Part shown: positions 8,507 through 17,980 of the stretch, one piece after another
Layout: each line of letters starts with the position of its first letter
Numbering within the stretch: the stretch's first letter is position 1
Assembly (NCBI GenBank): GCA_043754535.1
Contig: JAYUUN010000076.1
Coordinates: 1-34,263, forward strand
DNA: 34,263 nt
Direction: 5' to 3'
Origin: Chloroflexota bacterium
GTDB taxonomy: Bacteria > Chloroflexota > Chloroflexia > QHBQ01
The notes under the pieces: model-generated
The model's input: only the letters and a program-made list of their open reading frames with translations
What the model was told of the DNA's origin: nothing
The model's database searches: none
Program-made: the position numbers and the translations under genes

Positions 8507-8764
8507 GTGGAGAAGTGGGAATACCTGTTTGCCGAGTGGCAGGACACAACACCGAATGGTCAGGTGATTAGAGCAGTTGATGGGGTTGATTTGCCACAGT
8601 GGAAGTCCATCCCACTTGAGTTCGTGATTAGCCTGCTGGGTGAGGACGGCTGGGAGCTAGCCCATTTCGGCGAACACACCACCAAATTGATCTTCAAGCG
8701 AGCCTGGACTGGCAACCGCTACGACGTGATGAATCTGGTTAGCAAGCTGCAAGGCAGCAGATAG
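8507..8764 (+). CDS. DUF4177-like small protein, copy 1 (type A)
   Basis: GTG start at 8507 (SD AAGGAG) aligns with MEKWEYL of the paralogs. Motifs KWEY, LGEDGWEL, FKR. Confidence 0.8.
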   Translation: MEKWEYLFAEWQDTTPNGQVIRAVDGVDLPQWKSIPLEFVISLLGEDGWELAHFGEHTTKLIFKRAWTGNRYDVMNLVSKLQGSR

Positions 8765-8775
8765 GGACACGTAAG

Positions 8776-9060
8776 ATGGAGAAGTGGGAATATCTGACGG
8801 TGATCATCGGCTACACGCAGATGAACGAACCGAAGCTCAAGTCGGTGGATGGCCGCGAGATGCCAGACTGGAAGACCCTTCCCTTCCGGCACGCCTTGCG
8901 CATCCTCGGCGAAGATGGCTGGGAACTGGTCACTGGCACCAGCCCCGACGGCTACAGCAACACTAACGACCCGCTCTACGTCTTCAAGCGACCATGGGGC
9001 GGGGCGGCCTACAACATGGATAGCCTGCTGGTCAGGATCAGCACGCTGATGAATACGTAG
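8776..9060 (+). CDS. DUF4177-like small protein, copy 2 (type B)
   Basis: MEKWEYL...LGEDGWEL...FKRPWGG. Confidence 0.82.
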   Translation: MEKWEYLTVIIGYTQMNEPKLKSVDGREMPDWKTLPFRHALRILGEDGWELVTGTSPDGYSNTNDPLYVFKRPWGGAAYNMDSLLVRISTLMNT

Positions 9061-9071
9061 GGAGGATAGCA

Positions 9072-9362
9072 ATGGAAAAGTGGGAGTACCTGTTCGGCAA
9101 TATGAGCTACACCATGCGTGGCGAGTTGACCGTGGACAAGCTAGCCAGCATCAAGCTGCCGAAGCGCAGCACGCTGGAGGAAGTAGTCGGCCTGTTGGGG
9201 GAAGAAGGCTGGGAACTGGTACAGGCAGACATCAGCGCGCTTATGTACAACGGCGCGCTGATCCTCAAGCGGGCCTGGCAGGGCGGCAAGTACGACGTGC
9301 AAACCTTTATCAGCAAGCTGGAGACGATCCATCAGCTACAACAGGCTCAGAAAGGTAACTAG
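9072..9362 (+). CDS. DUF4177-like small protein, copy 3 (type A')
   Basis: MEKWEYL...LGEEGWEL...LKRAWQG. SD GGAGG at 9061. Confidence 0.82.
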   Translation: MEKWEYLFGNMSYTMRGELTVDKLASIKLPKRSTLEEVVGLLGEEGWELVQADISALMYNGALILKRAWQGGKYDVQTFISKLETIHQLQQAQKGN

Positions 9363-9363
9363 C

Positions 9364-9630
9364 ATGGAAAAGTGGGAGTACCTGACCGCGACCATCGGCC
9401 AACAAAACCAGGTGGACGCGAAGACGAAGTCTATCAACGGTCACGACCTACCCGAATGGAAAAGCATCTTGCTAGCCAATGCACTGGCGATCCTCGGTGA
9501 GGATGGCTGGGAGTTGGCGGGGGTGAACAACCCCGGCACGGGCGGGCTCGACCCAATTTTGTTCTTCAAGCGGCCCTGGGGTGGGACTGCCTACAACGTA
9601 GACAGCTTTATCGCCAGGGTGCGTCAGTAG
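9364..9630 (+). CDS. DUF4177-like small protein, copy 4 (type B')
   Basis: MEKWEYL...LGEDGWEL...FKRPWGG. Starts 1 nt after the copy 3 stop. Confidence 0.82.
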   Translation: MEKWEYLTATIGQQNQVDAKTKSINGHDLPEWKSILLANALAILGEDGWELAGVNNPGTGGLDPILFFKRPWGGTAYNVDSFIARVRQ

Positions 9631-10883
9631 CAGCGGCCTAAGCCCTTCAGCAAGGCTAGCCGCGCGAGGTTGACGGCAGCCATCGCCGCTAGTCGCTTGA
9701 TCTCTGGGCGGGTGGAGCGGTAGTACAGCTTTACCGCTCGCCGCTCGCCCTGGTAGTCGATCCCCAGCCAGACGGTGCCAACCGGCTGCCCCTCTAGCTC
9801 GCTCGGCCCGGCCACGCCAGTTGTGCTGATACCAATCTCGGCCCCGGTGTATGCGCGGGCGGCAGTCGCCATCGCCAGCGCACACTGTTCGCTAACCACG
9901 CCGTACTCATCGATCACCGCCTGTGGCACGCCCGCCTTAACCTTCATCGCTGGCGAATAGCTGACGAGGCCGCTAAGGAAGCAGTCGCTTGCGCCGGGAA
10001 CGTTGGTCAGGTTGTGGGCAACAAGGCCGCCAGTGACCGACTCCATCGTTGCCAGGGTGAGCTTGCGGCTGATCAACAGGGTGACGAGTGCCTGTTCGAG
10101 GGTGTCGTCGTTGTAGCCGTAGATCGCAGAGCCGAAGATGGCCTGCACCCGCTCCACCATCTCCTTTGTCAGCCGCTCGGCCTGCTCGCGGGTGCTGGCC
10201 TTCGCGGTGACACGCACGTGTACGCCGTCTTGCTTGGCGTAGGTCGCCAGGGTTGGGTTGTCGCTGTGGATCAGGTCGCCCAGCGACTCCTCCACCGTAG
10301 ACTCACCCACGCCTACCACTTTGGCGTTGATCGAGTAGATCAAGCCGCCGCCACTGAGCTTGCCCAGGGCTGGTTCAACCTCCTCCGTCCACATCCGCTT
10401 CATCTCGTGCGGCACGCCGGGCATGGTGACAACAATCTTGCCCGCGAACTCGCCCTGGGTTGGTTGCGCCCACCAGCCGGGTGCTGTGCCGATGGGGTTG
10501 CTGAGGGCGCGGGCCGAGGGGATCAGGGTCGCTTGTTTGACGTTGCGCTCTGGCATCCGCACCCCGCGCCGCTCAAAGAAGGCACGCAGTTGGGCTTCCA
10601 CTTCTGGCTGCACCGCCATCTGTTCGCCCAGCACCGCGCTGATCGCCTCGCGCGTCAGGTCGTCTTCGGTAGGACCAACTCCGCCCGTGGTGATCACGAT
10701 GTCCGAACGGCTGATCGCCCGCCGTAGCGTCTCCGCCAAGCGGCCAAGATTGTCGCCTACTTGCGAAACGTAGAACAGGTCGATGCCCAGGTCAGCCAGA
10801 CGTTGGGCCAGCCAGCTAGCGTTGGTGTCGGTGATCGTGCCGAGCAATAGTTCGGTGCCAATGGAGAGGATTTCTGCTTTCAT
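9624..10883 (-). CDS. cinA: Competence/damage-inducible protein CinA (MoCF-like domain + PncC NMN deamidase domain)
   Basis: MKAEILSIGTELLLG..DTNA, GGVGPTEDDLT, GTAPG, PGVPHEM, ESVTGG, TTGVAGP. Confidence 0.93.
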   Translation of the reverse strand: MKAEILSIGTELLLGTITDTNASWLAQRLADLGIDLFYVSQVGDNLGRLAETLRRAISRSDIVITTGGVGPTEDDLTREAISAVLGEQMAVQPEVEAQLRAFFERRGVRMPERNVKQATLIPSARALSNPIGTAPGWWAQPTQGEFAGKIVVTMPGVPHEMKRMWTEEVEPALGKLSGGGLIYSINAKVVGVGESTVEESLGDLIHSDNPTLATYAKQDGVHVRVTAKASTREQAERLTKEMVERVQAIFGSAIYGYNDDTLEQALVTLLISRKLTLATMESVTGGLVAHNLTNVPGASDCFLSGLVSYSPAMKVKAGVPQAVIDEYGVVSEQCALAMATAARAYTGAEIGISTTGVAGPSELEGQPVGTVWLGIDYQGERRAVKLYYRSTRPEIKRLAAMAAVNLARLALLKGLGRCY

Positions 10884-11053
10884 TGCCTGTCAGCTACTCC
10901 TTGCTCTTGCGTTGCCACTAGCTCAGGGTGGAGTGGGTTGCGTTTGGGGAACCTGACCAGCAGGGTGATTGCCACCGCGAACACGCCGTCGGCGAACGCC
11001 TTGATCCGCTCTGGGCTGAGGAAAGCAACCTGTTGCTCTACATTCTCCTCCAT
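10880..11053 (-). pseudogene. Truncated TMEM175/DUF1211-family K+ channel fragment (57 codons, first TM helix only)
   Basis: Hand translation MEENVEQQVAFLSPERIKAFADGVFAVAITLLVRFPKRNPLHPELVATQEQGVADRQ*. The ERIKAFADGVFAVAITLLV segment matches the RxxxFSDGVFAIAxTLLV signature. SD AGGAG upstream. The stop overlaps the cinA start (ATGA). Confidence 0.75.
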
Positions 11054-11115
11054 ACCGCCGCTCCTGCCAAATGTAACTTAGCCCAGGCAGTGGGGGAACT
11101 GCCTTAGCCGCCACT

Positions 11116-11124
11116 ATTATACCA
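11116..11124 (-). promoter_or_regulatory. Extended -10 promoter for the TMEM175 fragment and cinA
   Basis: TGGTATAAT on the minus strand. Confidence 0.6.
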
Positions 11125-11162
11125 CAGCCTGGGCGTGGCAGCAGTTTGGTAGCTGACAGCCG

Positions 11163-12527
11163 CTACCGCTTCGCTTTCTTCGCTGCCCGCTTGGGGCCAG
11201 GGGGGGCGGTGGGGGTAGGTTCGGGGGCGAAGTAGCTGTCCACCGAGTTGGCAACGCCGAGGGCGCAGCTATCCTCCATCTCTAGCAGCCACTTACGGTC
11301 AATCGGGCTGCTAAGGAAGCCCATCTCGATGATCGCCTGTGGGGTGTCCAGATCGGCGGCGTACTTGAAGAAGCGACCAGCGAAGGAATAATACTCGGTC
11401 ATATTACGGGTGATGTTGTCGTCGCGGGGGATACCAGTGGCAGCCTCGTATTCGGTGTAGATCGCGGTTAGCAACTTCATGTCGTCCTTGCTGATCTCAC
11501 CACGTGGCACTGCCGCCTTGAAGCCCCGCGCTCGCTCGTTGGCCGAACTATCGGAGTGTAGAGCGAGAAAGAGGTCGGTCTTATAGCCAGTCGCCACCGT
11601 TGCCGACAGCACATCCACCACGTAGCCGCGCTCGCGCAGCAAGGCCGCCGTAGCATTGGCAACCGCCAGGTTGATCTGCCACTCAGCCACGCCGCCCCAG
11701 GCCGCTCCGTTCTGGCGCAGATAGTCGAGCGCAAGCGGCAGCTTGTCCTGCTGCCAATGCCCCGCCTGGATTGCCACCCGGCGGGCAACCACAGTCGCGC
11801 TGGCAGTCGGGGTGATGGTGGGCCGCTGCGTAGCGGTCGCAGTCGCAGTCGTGGTGGCGGTCTCCCTCAGGTCATCAGGCCCCATCAGGCCCAGTTCCAC
11901 AGTGGCAATGTACTCGATCTGTACAGGGGCAAGGGTAGGGGTTTCGGTTGGCACCGACGTGCTGGTGGCTGTGCGCGTCACCGTCGCAGTGCGGGTGGCT
12001 GTAGCGGTGATCGTAGGGCTAGGCACGCGGCGGGGGCCAAGAGTGCCAGTAGGAGTGGGCAGACCGTTGGCGAGGATAACAGCGGTGGTGTCGATCTCGC
12101 GTCCAATGTCGGGCGTGGGGGTGACAGTAGGGGTCTGCGTGGGGCTAGGGCTGGCAGTCGCTGTTGGGCTAGCGGTTCCCGTCGCCGTATTGGTCAGCGT
12201 AGGAGGCAGCGCATCAGCGTCGTCGGGCAGGGGAGTGTAGGTGGGGCGGTGGGTAGGGCTGGCAGGGAGCAGAGCGTTCGCCAACTGGCTCGCTGGCGTG
12301 CCACTCTCGGCCTGATCTCCTGCACGCACATTCGCCAGTAGTTGGGGCGTACTGGCAACAAGGCGGGGGCTAGGGCTAGGCGCAGGGTTGCCCGCGCTCT
12401 TACCCGGCCACGATAGCAGCAGGGGGATCAAGAACAGGAAGCTGGCCGCCAGCAGGTAGAGGTGCCGCTTGGCGGCGAACCTGCTCAGGTCTATGCTCCT
12501 GTCAAACGGCGGCTTACGCTGCATCAC
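11163..12527 (-). CDS. N-acetylmuramoyl-L-alanine amidase (Amidase_3) with N-terminal TM/signal segment and Thr/Pro-rich linker
   Basis: Zn/catalytic motifs VAIQAGH, GVAEWQINL, FLALHSD and IIEMGFL. Long TPT/TAT linker. Confidence 0.82.
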   Translation of the reverse strand: MMQRKPPFDRSIDLSRFAAKRHLYLLAASFLFLIPLLLSWPGKSAGNPAPSPSPRLVASTPQLLANVRAGDQAESGTPASQLANALLPASPTHRPTYTPLPDDADALPPTLTNTATGTASPTATASPSPTQTPTVTPTPDIGREIDTTAVILANGLPTPTGTLGPRRVPSPTITATATRTATVTRTATSTSVPTETPTLAPVQIEYIATVELGLMGPDDLRETATTTATATATQRPTITPTASATVVARRVAIQAGHWQQDKLPLALDYLRQNGAAWGGVAEWQINLAVANATAALLRERGYVVDVLSATVATGYKTDLFLALHSDSSANERARGFKAAVPRGEISKDDMKLLTAIYTEYEAATGIPRDDNITRNMTEYYSFAGRFFKYAADLDTPQAIIEMGFLSSPIDRKWLLEMEDSCALGVANSVDSYFAPEPTPTAPPGPKRAAKKAKR

Positions 12528-12553
12528 TCCCTCACTTGCCTGGTCGCGGGCTT

Positions 12554-12562
12554 ATTATACCA
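12554..12562 (-). promoter_or_regulatory. Extended -10 promoter for the amidase
   Basis: TGGTATAAT on the minus strand ~27 nt upstream of the start. Confidence 0.55.
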
Positions 12563-12668
12563 GATCGCGGCTCTGCCCTCAACTTCAGGGCGTTGGCCCG
12601 ACCGCTGGTAATTTGCTGCTAACCATTATACAGCTTAACAAGGCAGGCGGTTTGGCTACAACAGCGAA

Positions 12669-12692
12669 GGGGGCGCAAATCATTGCGCCCCC
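12669..12692 (-). terminator. Hairpin terminator after the small membrane protein gene
   Basis: GGGGGCGCAA-atca-TTGCGCCCCC perfect 10-bp stem with only a short U-tract. Confidence 0.6.
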
Positions 12693-12720
12693 AACCCTGC
12701 CTATTCGACCAACCAGGTTA

Positions 12721-12888
12721 CTAGCGGCGGGTGCCTCTGTTGCCACCCAGGAAGAAGTACCACACGAGGGCGATGATGATCAGCAGGGGGACCAGGGAGA
12801 AGACCCAACTGAGGACGCGGAGGGCGATCAGGATGACGATTACGGCGATGATCAGGCCGCCGAGGCTAAAGCCAGTGTTGCGGTTCAT
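12721..12888 (-). CDS. Small (55 aa) two-TM membrane protein, unknown function
   Basis: Not in the ORF track. MNRNTGFSLGGLIIAVIVILIALRVLSWVFSLVPLLIIIALVWYFFLGGNRGTRR*. SD AAGGAG, strongly C-ending codons, downstream hairpin. Confidence 0.8.
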   Translation of the reverse strand: MNRNTGFSLGGLIIAVIVILIALRVLSWVFSLVPLLIIIALVWYFFLGGNRGTRR

Positions 12889-12985
12889 GGTTTGTCTCCT
12901 TAATTGTTGGCAGTCGGGCTGTGTAAATCAACATTCGTGCCGTCACCATGATAGACAGTCAGAGTGCCACCGCTGTTTCAGCTAG

Positions 12986-13020
12986 CAGAAACCCCCACCT
13001 TTGCGGGGCGGGGGCTTCTG
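12986..13020 (-). terminator. Probable terminator after groEL
   Basis: Imperfect inverted repeat CAGAAACCCCCACC...GGCGGGGGCTTCTG just after the groEL stop. Confidence 0.55.
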
Positions 13021-13039
13021 GTTCTGCTGGCGGTGGGGC

Positions 13040-15021
<1,982 letters not shown>

Positions 15022-15084
15022 TGATTCCTCGATCCTCCTTACGGTTGCTGATGGTTGTGGGCGCATTGGCCGATATTGGCTTGC

Positions 15085-15111
15085 TTGGCACTCTACGTTC
15101 TTGAGTGCTAA
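15085..15111. promoter_or_regulatory. CIRCE element 1 (HrcA operator)
   Basis: TTGGCACTC-N9-GAGTGCTAA, one mismatch to the consensus TTAGCACTC-N9-GAGTGCTAA. Confidence 0.95.
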
Positions 15112-15121
15112 CTCCACCCTT

Positions 15122-15151
15122 ATGATAACAAATCTGGGACACAGATTGCAA
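15122..15151 (-). promoter_or_regulatory. groESL sigma70-type promoter
   Basis: Minus strand TTGCAA-18 nt-TATCAT with TGn extension, lying between the two CIRCEs. Confidence 0.7.
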
Positions 15152-15158
15152 GGGGATT

Positions 15159-15185
15159 TTGGCACTCAAGGTTAGAGATTGCCAA
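15159..15185. promoter_or_regulatory. CIRCE element 2 (HrcA operator)
   Basis: TTGGCACTC-N9-GATTGCCAA. Confidence 0.85.
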
Positions 15186-15191
15186 GAACAG

Positions 15192-16985
15192 CTACAGCCA
15201 CCGCCAGGCCCAGCCCGGTAGTGGCAGCTTGAGGCGGGCCAGCCGCCGCTTCTCCTCATCACCGAGGCCGCCCAGCCGCTTGAATGCGAGCAGGAACATT
15301 GCGCCGCCACCGACGCTGATCCCGATGTCGAGGAGCAGAGCCAGCACCTTCTCCACTGCTGTGGGGTCGGCCTTGTCGAGGGCGAAGGGGCTGGTGCCAA
15401 GCAGCCAGGCCAGCAGGCCCACTGCCACCCCCATCACCAGGGTGGCACCCCCCACCTTGAGGCTGAACCGCCAGGGGTAGCGCAGGTGCATATGCCTGCT
15501 CGCATGGTACATGATCGCCGCCCGCGAGAGCAGGCGAGCCAGGCCGGTCGCCAACGCCGCCGCTGTCGCCCCACCCGCCGCATTGCCGCCGCCGCCGATC
15601 ACTGGCACCAGCAGGAACAGCAGGGGGATCGAAATCAGGGCGATCCCCCGCGAGAGCAGCACCGGCCCGAACCGTTCGTAGACGATCAGGATGTTGTTGG
15701 GGATACTAATCAGGGCTTCGGCAAAGAGGAACAGGATCAGCAGCACCGCCGCCAGGGTTGCTTCGCGGTAGCTGGGAAAGAGGTTAGCGACCAGGCTGGC
15801 ACTTAGCAGCGCGAGACCAATCCCGCTGGGGATCAGCACCAGGGCGAGGAACCTACTCAACAGGTCGTAGCTGCCCTGCAATTGCGCCGACGGTTCATCC
15901 AGCCTGCCTGCCGCCCTGTCCGCCGTGTAGATGCGCGAAAAGAGGGGGATTTGCACGCCACTGAGCGGCGACCAGAGCGCGGTCAACACCGTGTTGACGA
16001 AGTTGTAGGCGACGGCAAAGATAGCAATGCCGTCGGCCCGATAGTAGCCGTTCAGCACCAAACTGATGAAGGGCAGGGTGTAGAAGTAGACGCTGATGTT
16101 CATGAAGTAGGAGAGGGCAGAGTAGCGGGTGAAGCGGGTGAGGAAGCCAGTGGGCAACTGCCGCGCTGCACCCACTGCGCTCTCTCCACCGCCCTCGCGC
16201 ATCGCCGCCGCGTTGTAGGCCAGGCGCAGAGCCTGCCAACCCGCCAGCAGCACGCTGACCAACGGGCTGACCACCATCGCCAGCACAACCATCTCCACCT
16301 GCGCCCCGCCCAGCCCGAAGAAGCTGATGATCAGCAGCGGTTGCAGCACCCCACTGGCGATGGTGATCACGTTCCAGGCGCGTTGCTTGAAGTAGCTGCT
16401 GAGGAACTGCATAGAAGTGTCGAACAGCGCACCGAGCAGCAGCATGGCGCAGATTGCCGCGATAAACAGGCCGCCATTGCGCTGCAACTGATCTACTACC
16501 AGCGGGGTTTGCTTGTCGGCCACCAGGTTGAGTAGTGGGCCGCTCAAGGCCAGCAGCACGGTAATCAGCACGGCCATCGCGAGCAGCTTGAAGCCAATCA
16601 ATTGGCCGAGGAAGCGACGTACCAGCCTGCCGCCGCCCGCCCGCTCGACCTCTGGCATGAAGCGCGGGAGGCTACGCTCGATGCCGAAGTCGCCATACAA
16701 CCCGATAGTGGCTGCTGCCCCGCTGATCAGCACGATCAGGCCGAACTGCGAACGCGGTTGCAGCAGGCTGGTGATCAGTACGCTGCTGACCAGGCTGGCG
16801 ACCAGGCGCAGAGGAAAGAGGGCGGCGTTCCAGAAGACCGCCCGCGACGCAGTGCGCCCCAGGCTGCTACCTTCGCTCCCACCTGCTGCACCACCCATAT
16901 CCTCTAGCGCAGGTTCACCAGCTTCAGCGACCGTGGGGGGTGGCGGTGCGCCGCTCGGTTGGGTAGGGTCGCCGCCCGCCTGCAT
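15192..16985 (-). CDS. Polysaccharide flippase (Wzx/MOP superfamily)
   Basis: Many TM segments (roughly 12-14). GLYGDFGIERSLPRF motif typical of PST exporters. Start uncertain: ATG 16985 has SD GAGGAG, and TTG 17069 overlapping the upstream stop is also possible. Confidence 0.8.
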   Translation of the reverse strand: MQAGGDPTQPSGAPPPPTVAEAGEPALEDMGGAAGGSEGSSLGRTASRAVFWNAALFPLRLVASLVSSVLITSLLQPRSQFGLIVLISGAAATIGLYGDFGIERSLPRFMPEVERAGGGRLVRRFLGQLIGFKLLAMAVLITVLLALSGPLLNLVADKQTPLVVDQLQRNGGLFIAAICAMLLLGALFDTSMQFLSSYFKQRAWNVITIASGVLQPLLIISFFGLGGAQVEMVVLAMVVSPLVSVLLAGWQALRLAYNAAAMREGGGESAVGAARQLPTGFLTRFTRYSALSYFMNISVYFYTLPFISLVLNGYYRADGIAIFAVAYNFVNTVLTALWSPLSGVQIPLFSRIYTADRAAGRLDEPSAQLQGSYDLLSRFLALVLIPSGIGLALLSASLVANLFPSYREATLAAVLLILFLFAEALISIPNNILIVYERFGPVLLSRGIALISIPLLFLLVPVIGGGGNAAGGATAAALATGLARLLSRAAIMYHASRHMHLRYPWRFSLKVGGATLVMGVAVGLLAWLLGTSPFALDKADPTAVEKVLALLLDIGISVGGGAMFLLAFKRLGGLGDEEKRRLARLKLPLPGWAWRWL

Positions 16986-17065
16986 CTCCTGCTCCTCGTC
17001 GGAGGGTGGGAGGGACTGGGTGCGCTCTAGCGGCGCGGCATCTGGCAGCAGTGGCCCTGGTGAGG

Positions 17066-17941
17066 TCAAAAGGAGTCCTTCGCCAATGGCGTGAGCAAAA
17101 TGGTGTGCGTTCCCTGAAAGAGGAAGCGGTAGAGGCGGTAGGCGGGCAGCGTGAGGCCGAGCCACCGCAAAATCGGCAGCAACCGCTGGGCCAGACCACC
17201 GCCGCCGCTGCTCTGGCCCGCTCGCAGCCGGGCTTGGCCCACATCCTGAGCAGCAAACCCGGCTCGCTGGCAGGCGCGGGCAAAGCGGGCGTAGGTATAG
17301 TAGTGCATCTCGCTGAGGCTCTGCTTGTCGCTAAACTGCACGGCACTAGCCTGCTTGCTGCGCCCCTTGCGCCGAATGTACCACTCGGCCAGCGGGCGGG
17401 GCAGCCAGTTGACCAGTGGCAGATGATAGTGCGGGTCGCGGAAGCCAAAGCGGTTCGTTATGGTAACCAGGGCGCGCCCATCGGGTTGCAGCAGACGGCA
17501 CAACTCGCGCAGGGTGGCTGGTACGTCCTGCACGTGTTCGAGCGTGTCCCAGGCGGTGATCAGGCTGAAGCTACGGTCGGCAAAGGGGAGACTCTCGCCC
17601 GCAGCGTTGGCGACTGGCAGGCGCAGGCCATAGCGTTTGCCGCGCAGGGCAATAATCTGGCAGTAGGCGGGATTGTACTCGGCGGCGGTGACAGCCAGCC
17701 CAGCCTTCGCCAGGGCGACAACGAGGCCGCCCATGCCCGCCCCCAGGTCTAGCACCCGCCCGCCGCGCAAGGCCACCCCCGCGAAGCTCTCAATGTCGCG
17801 CAGGTAGGGCTGCTGGTAGTCTTCCAGGTGCAGGCGGCGTTCGCGCCAGGCAGCGTAGTCCTTGCGCCAGGTCATGTGCGCCAGCCACGGGTCAATCGCG
17901 GCGATCAGCTCGCCCTCTATAGCATCATCTACTTGCAGCAT
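17066..17941 (-). CDS. Class I SAM-dependent methyltransferase
   Basis: VLDLGAGMG, GESLPFADRSF, TLEHVQD, LQPDGR. Start ATG 17941 chosen because a TGGTATAAT promoter lies at 17972-17980. Confidence 0.88.
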   Translation of the reverse strand: MLQVDDAIEGELIAAIDPWLAHMTWRKDYAAWRERRLHLEDYQQPYLRDIESFAGVALRGGRVLDLGAGMGGLVVALAKAGLAVTAAEYNPAYCQIIALRGKRYGLRLPVANAAGESLPFADRSFSLITAWDTLEHVQDVPATLRELCRLLQPDGRALVTITNRFGFRDPHYHLPLVNWLPRPLAEWYIRRKGRSKQASAVQFSDKQSLSEMHYYTYARFARACQRAGFAAQDVGQARLRAGQSSGGGGLAQRLLPILRWLGLTLPAYRLYRFLFQGTHTILLTPLAKDSF

Positions 17942-17971
17942 CGTCCGTCCTGTGGTATGGTGAAGGGGGGC

Positions 17972-17980
17972 ATTATACCA
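17972..17980 (-). promoter_or_regulatory. Extended -10 promoter overlapping the stop of the cyclase-STAND gene
   Basis: TGGTATAAT on the minus strand ~30 nt upstream of ATG 17941. Confidence 0.5.

Noticed and set aside
8507..9630. Recurring short DNA repeats as a possible CRISPR array, integron cassettes or DGR
   Set aside because: The repeats are coding motifs of paralogous genes ~270-300 nt apart. There are no attC-like sites, cas genes, integrase or reverse transcriptase in the window.
10923..11114. 63-aa minus-strand ORF in the track
   Set aside because: A different frame (10880-11053) has the SD and the TMEM175 signature.
11790..12240. Repetitive GTx-GCx DNA and a Val-rich antisense ORF (also 24122-24391)
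   Set aside because: Simply encodes Thr/Pro/Ala linkers on the opposite strand.
12469..12985. Plus-strand ORFs of 144 and 84 aa
   Set aside because: They overlap antisense the better-supported 55-aa membrane protein gene, its terminator and the amidase promoter.
15022..15165. 48-aa N-terminal extension of GroES in the ORF track
   Set aside because: It spans the CIRCE elements and promoter, and the real start is ATG 15021.
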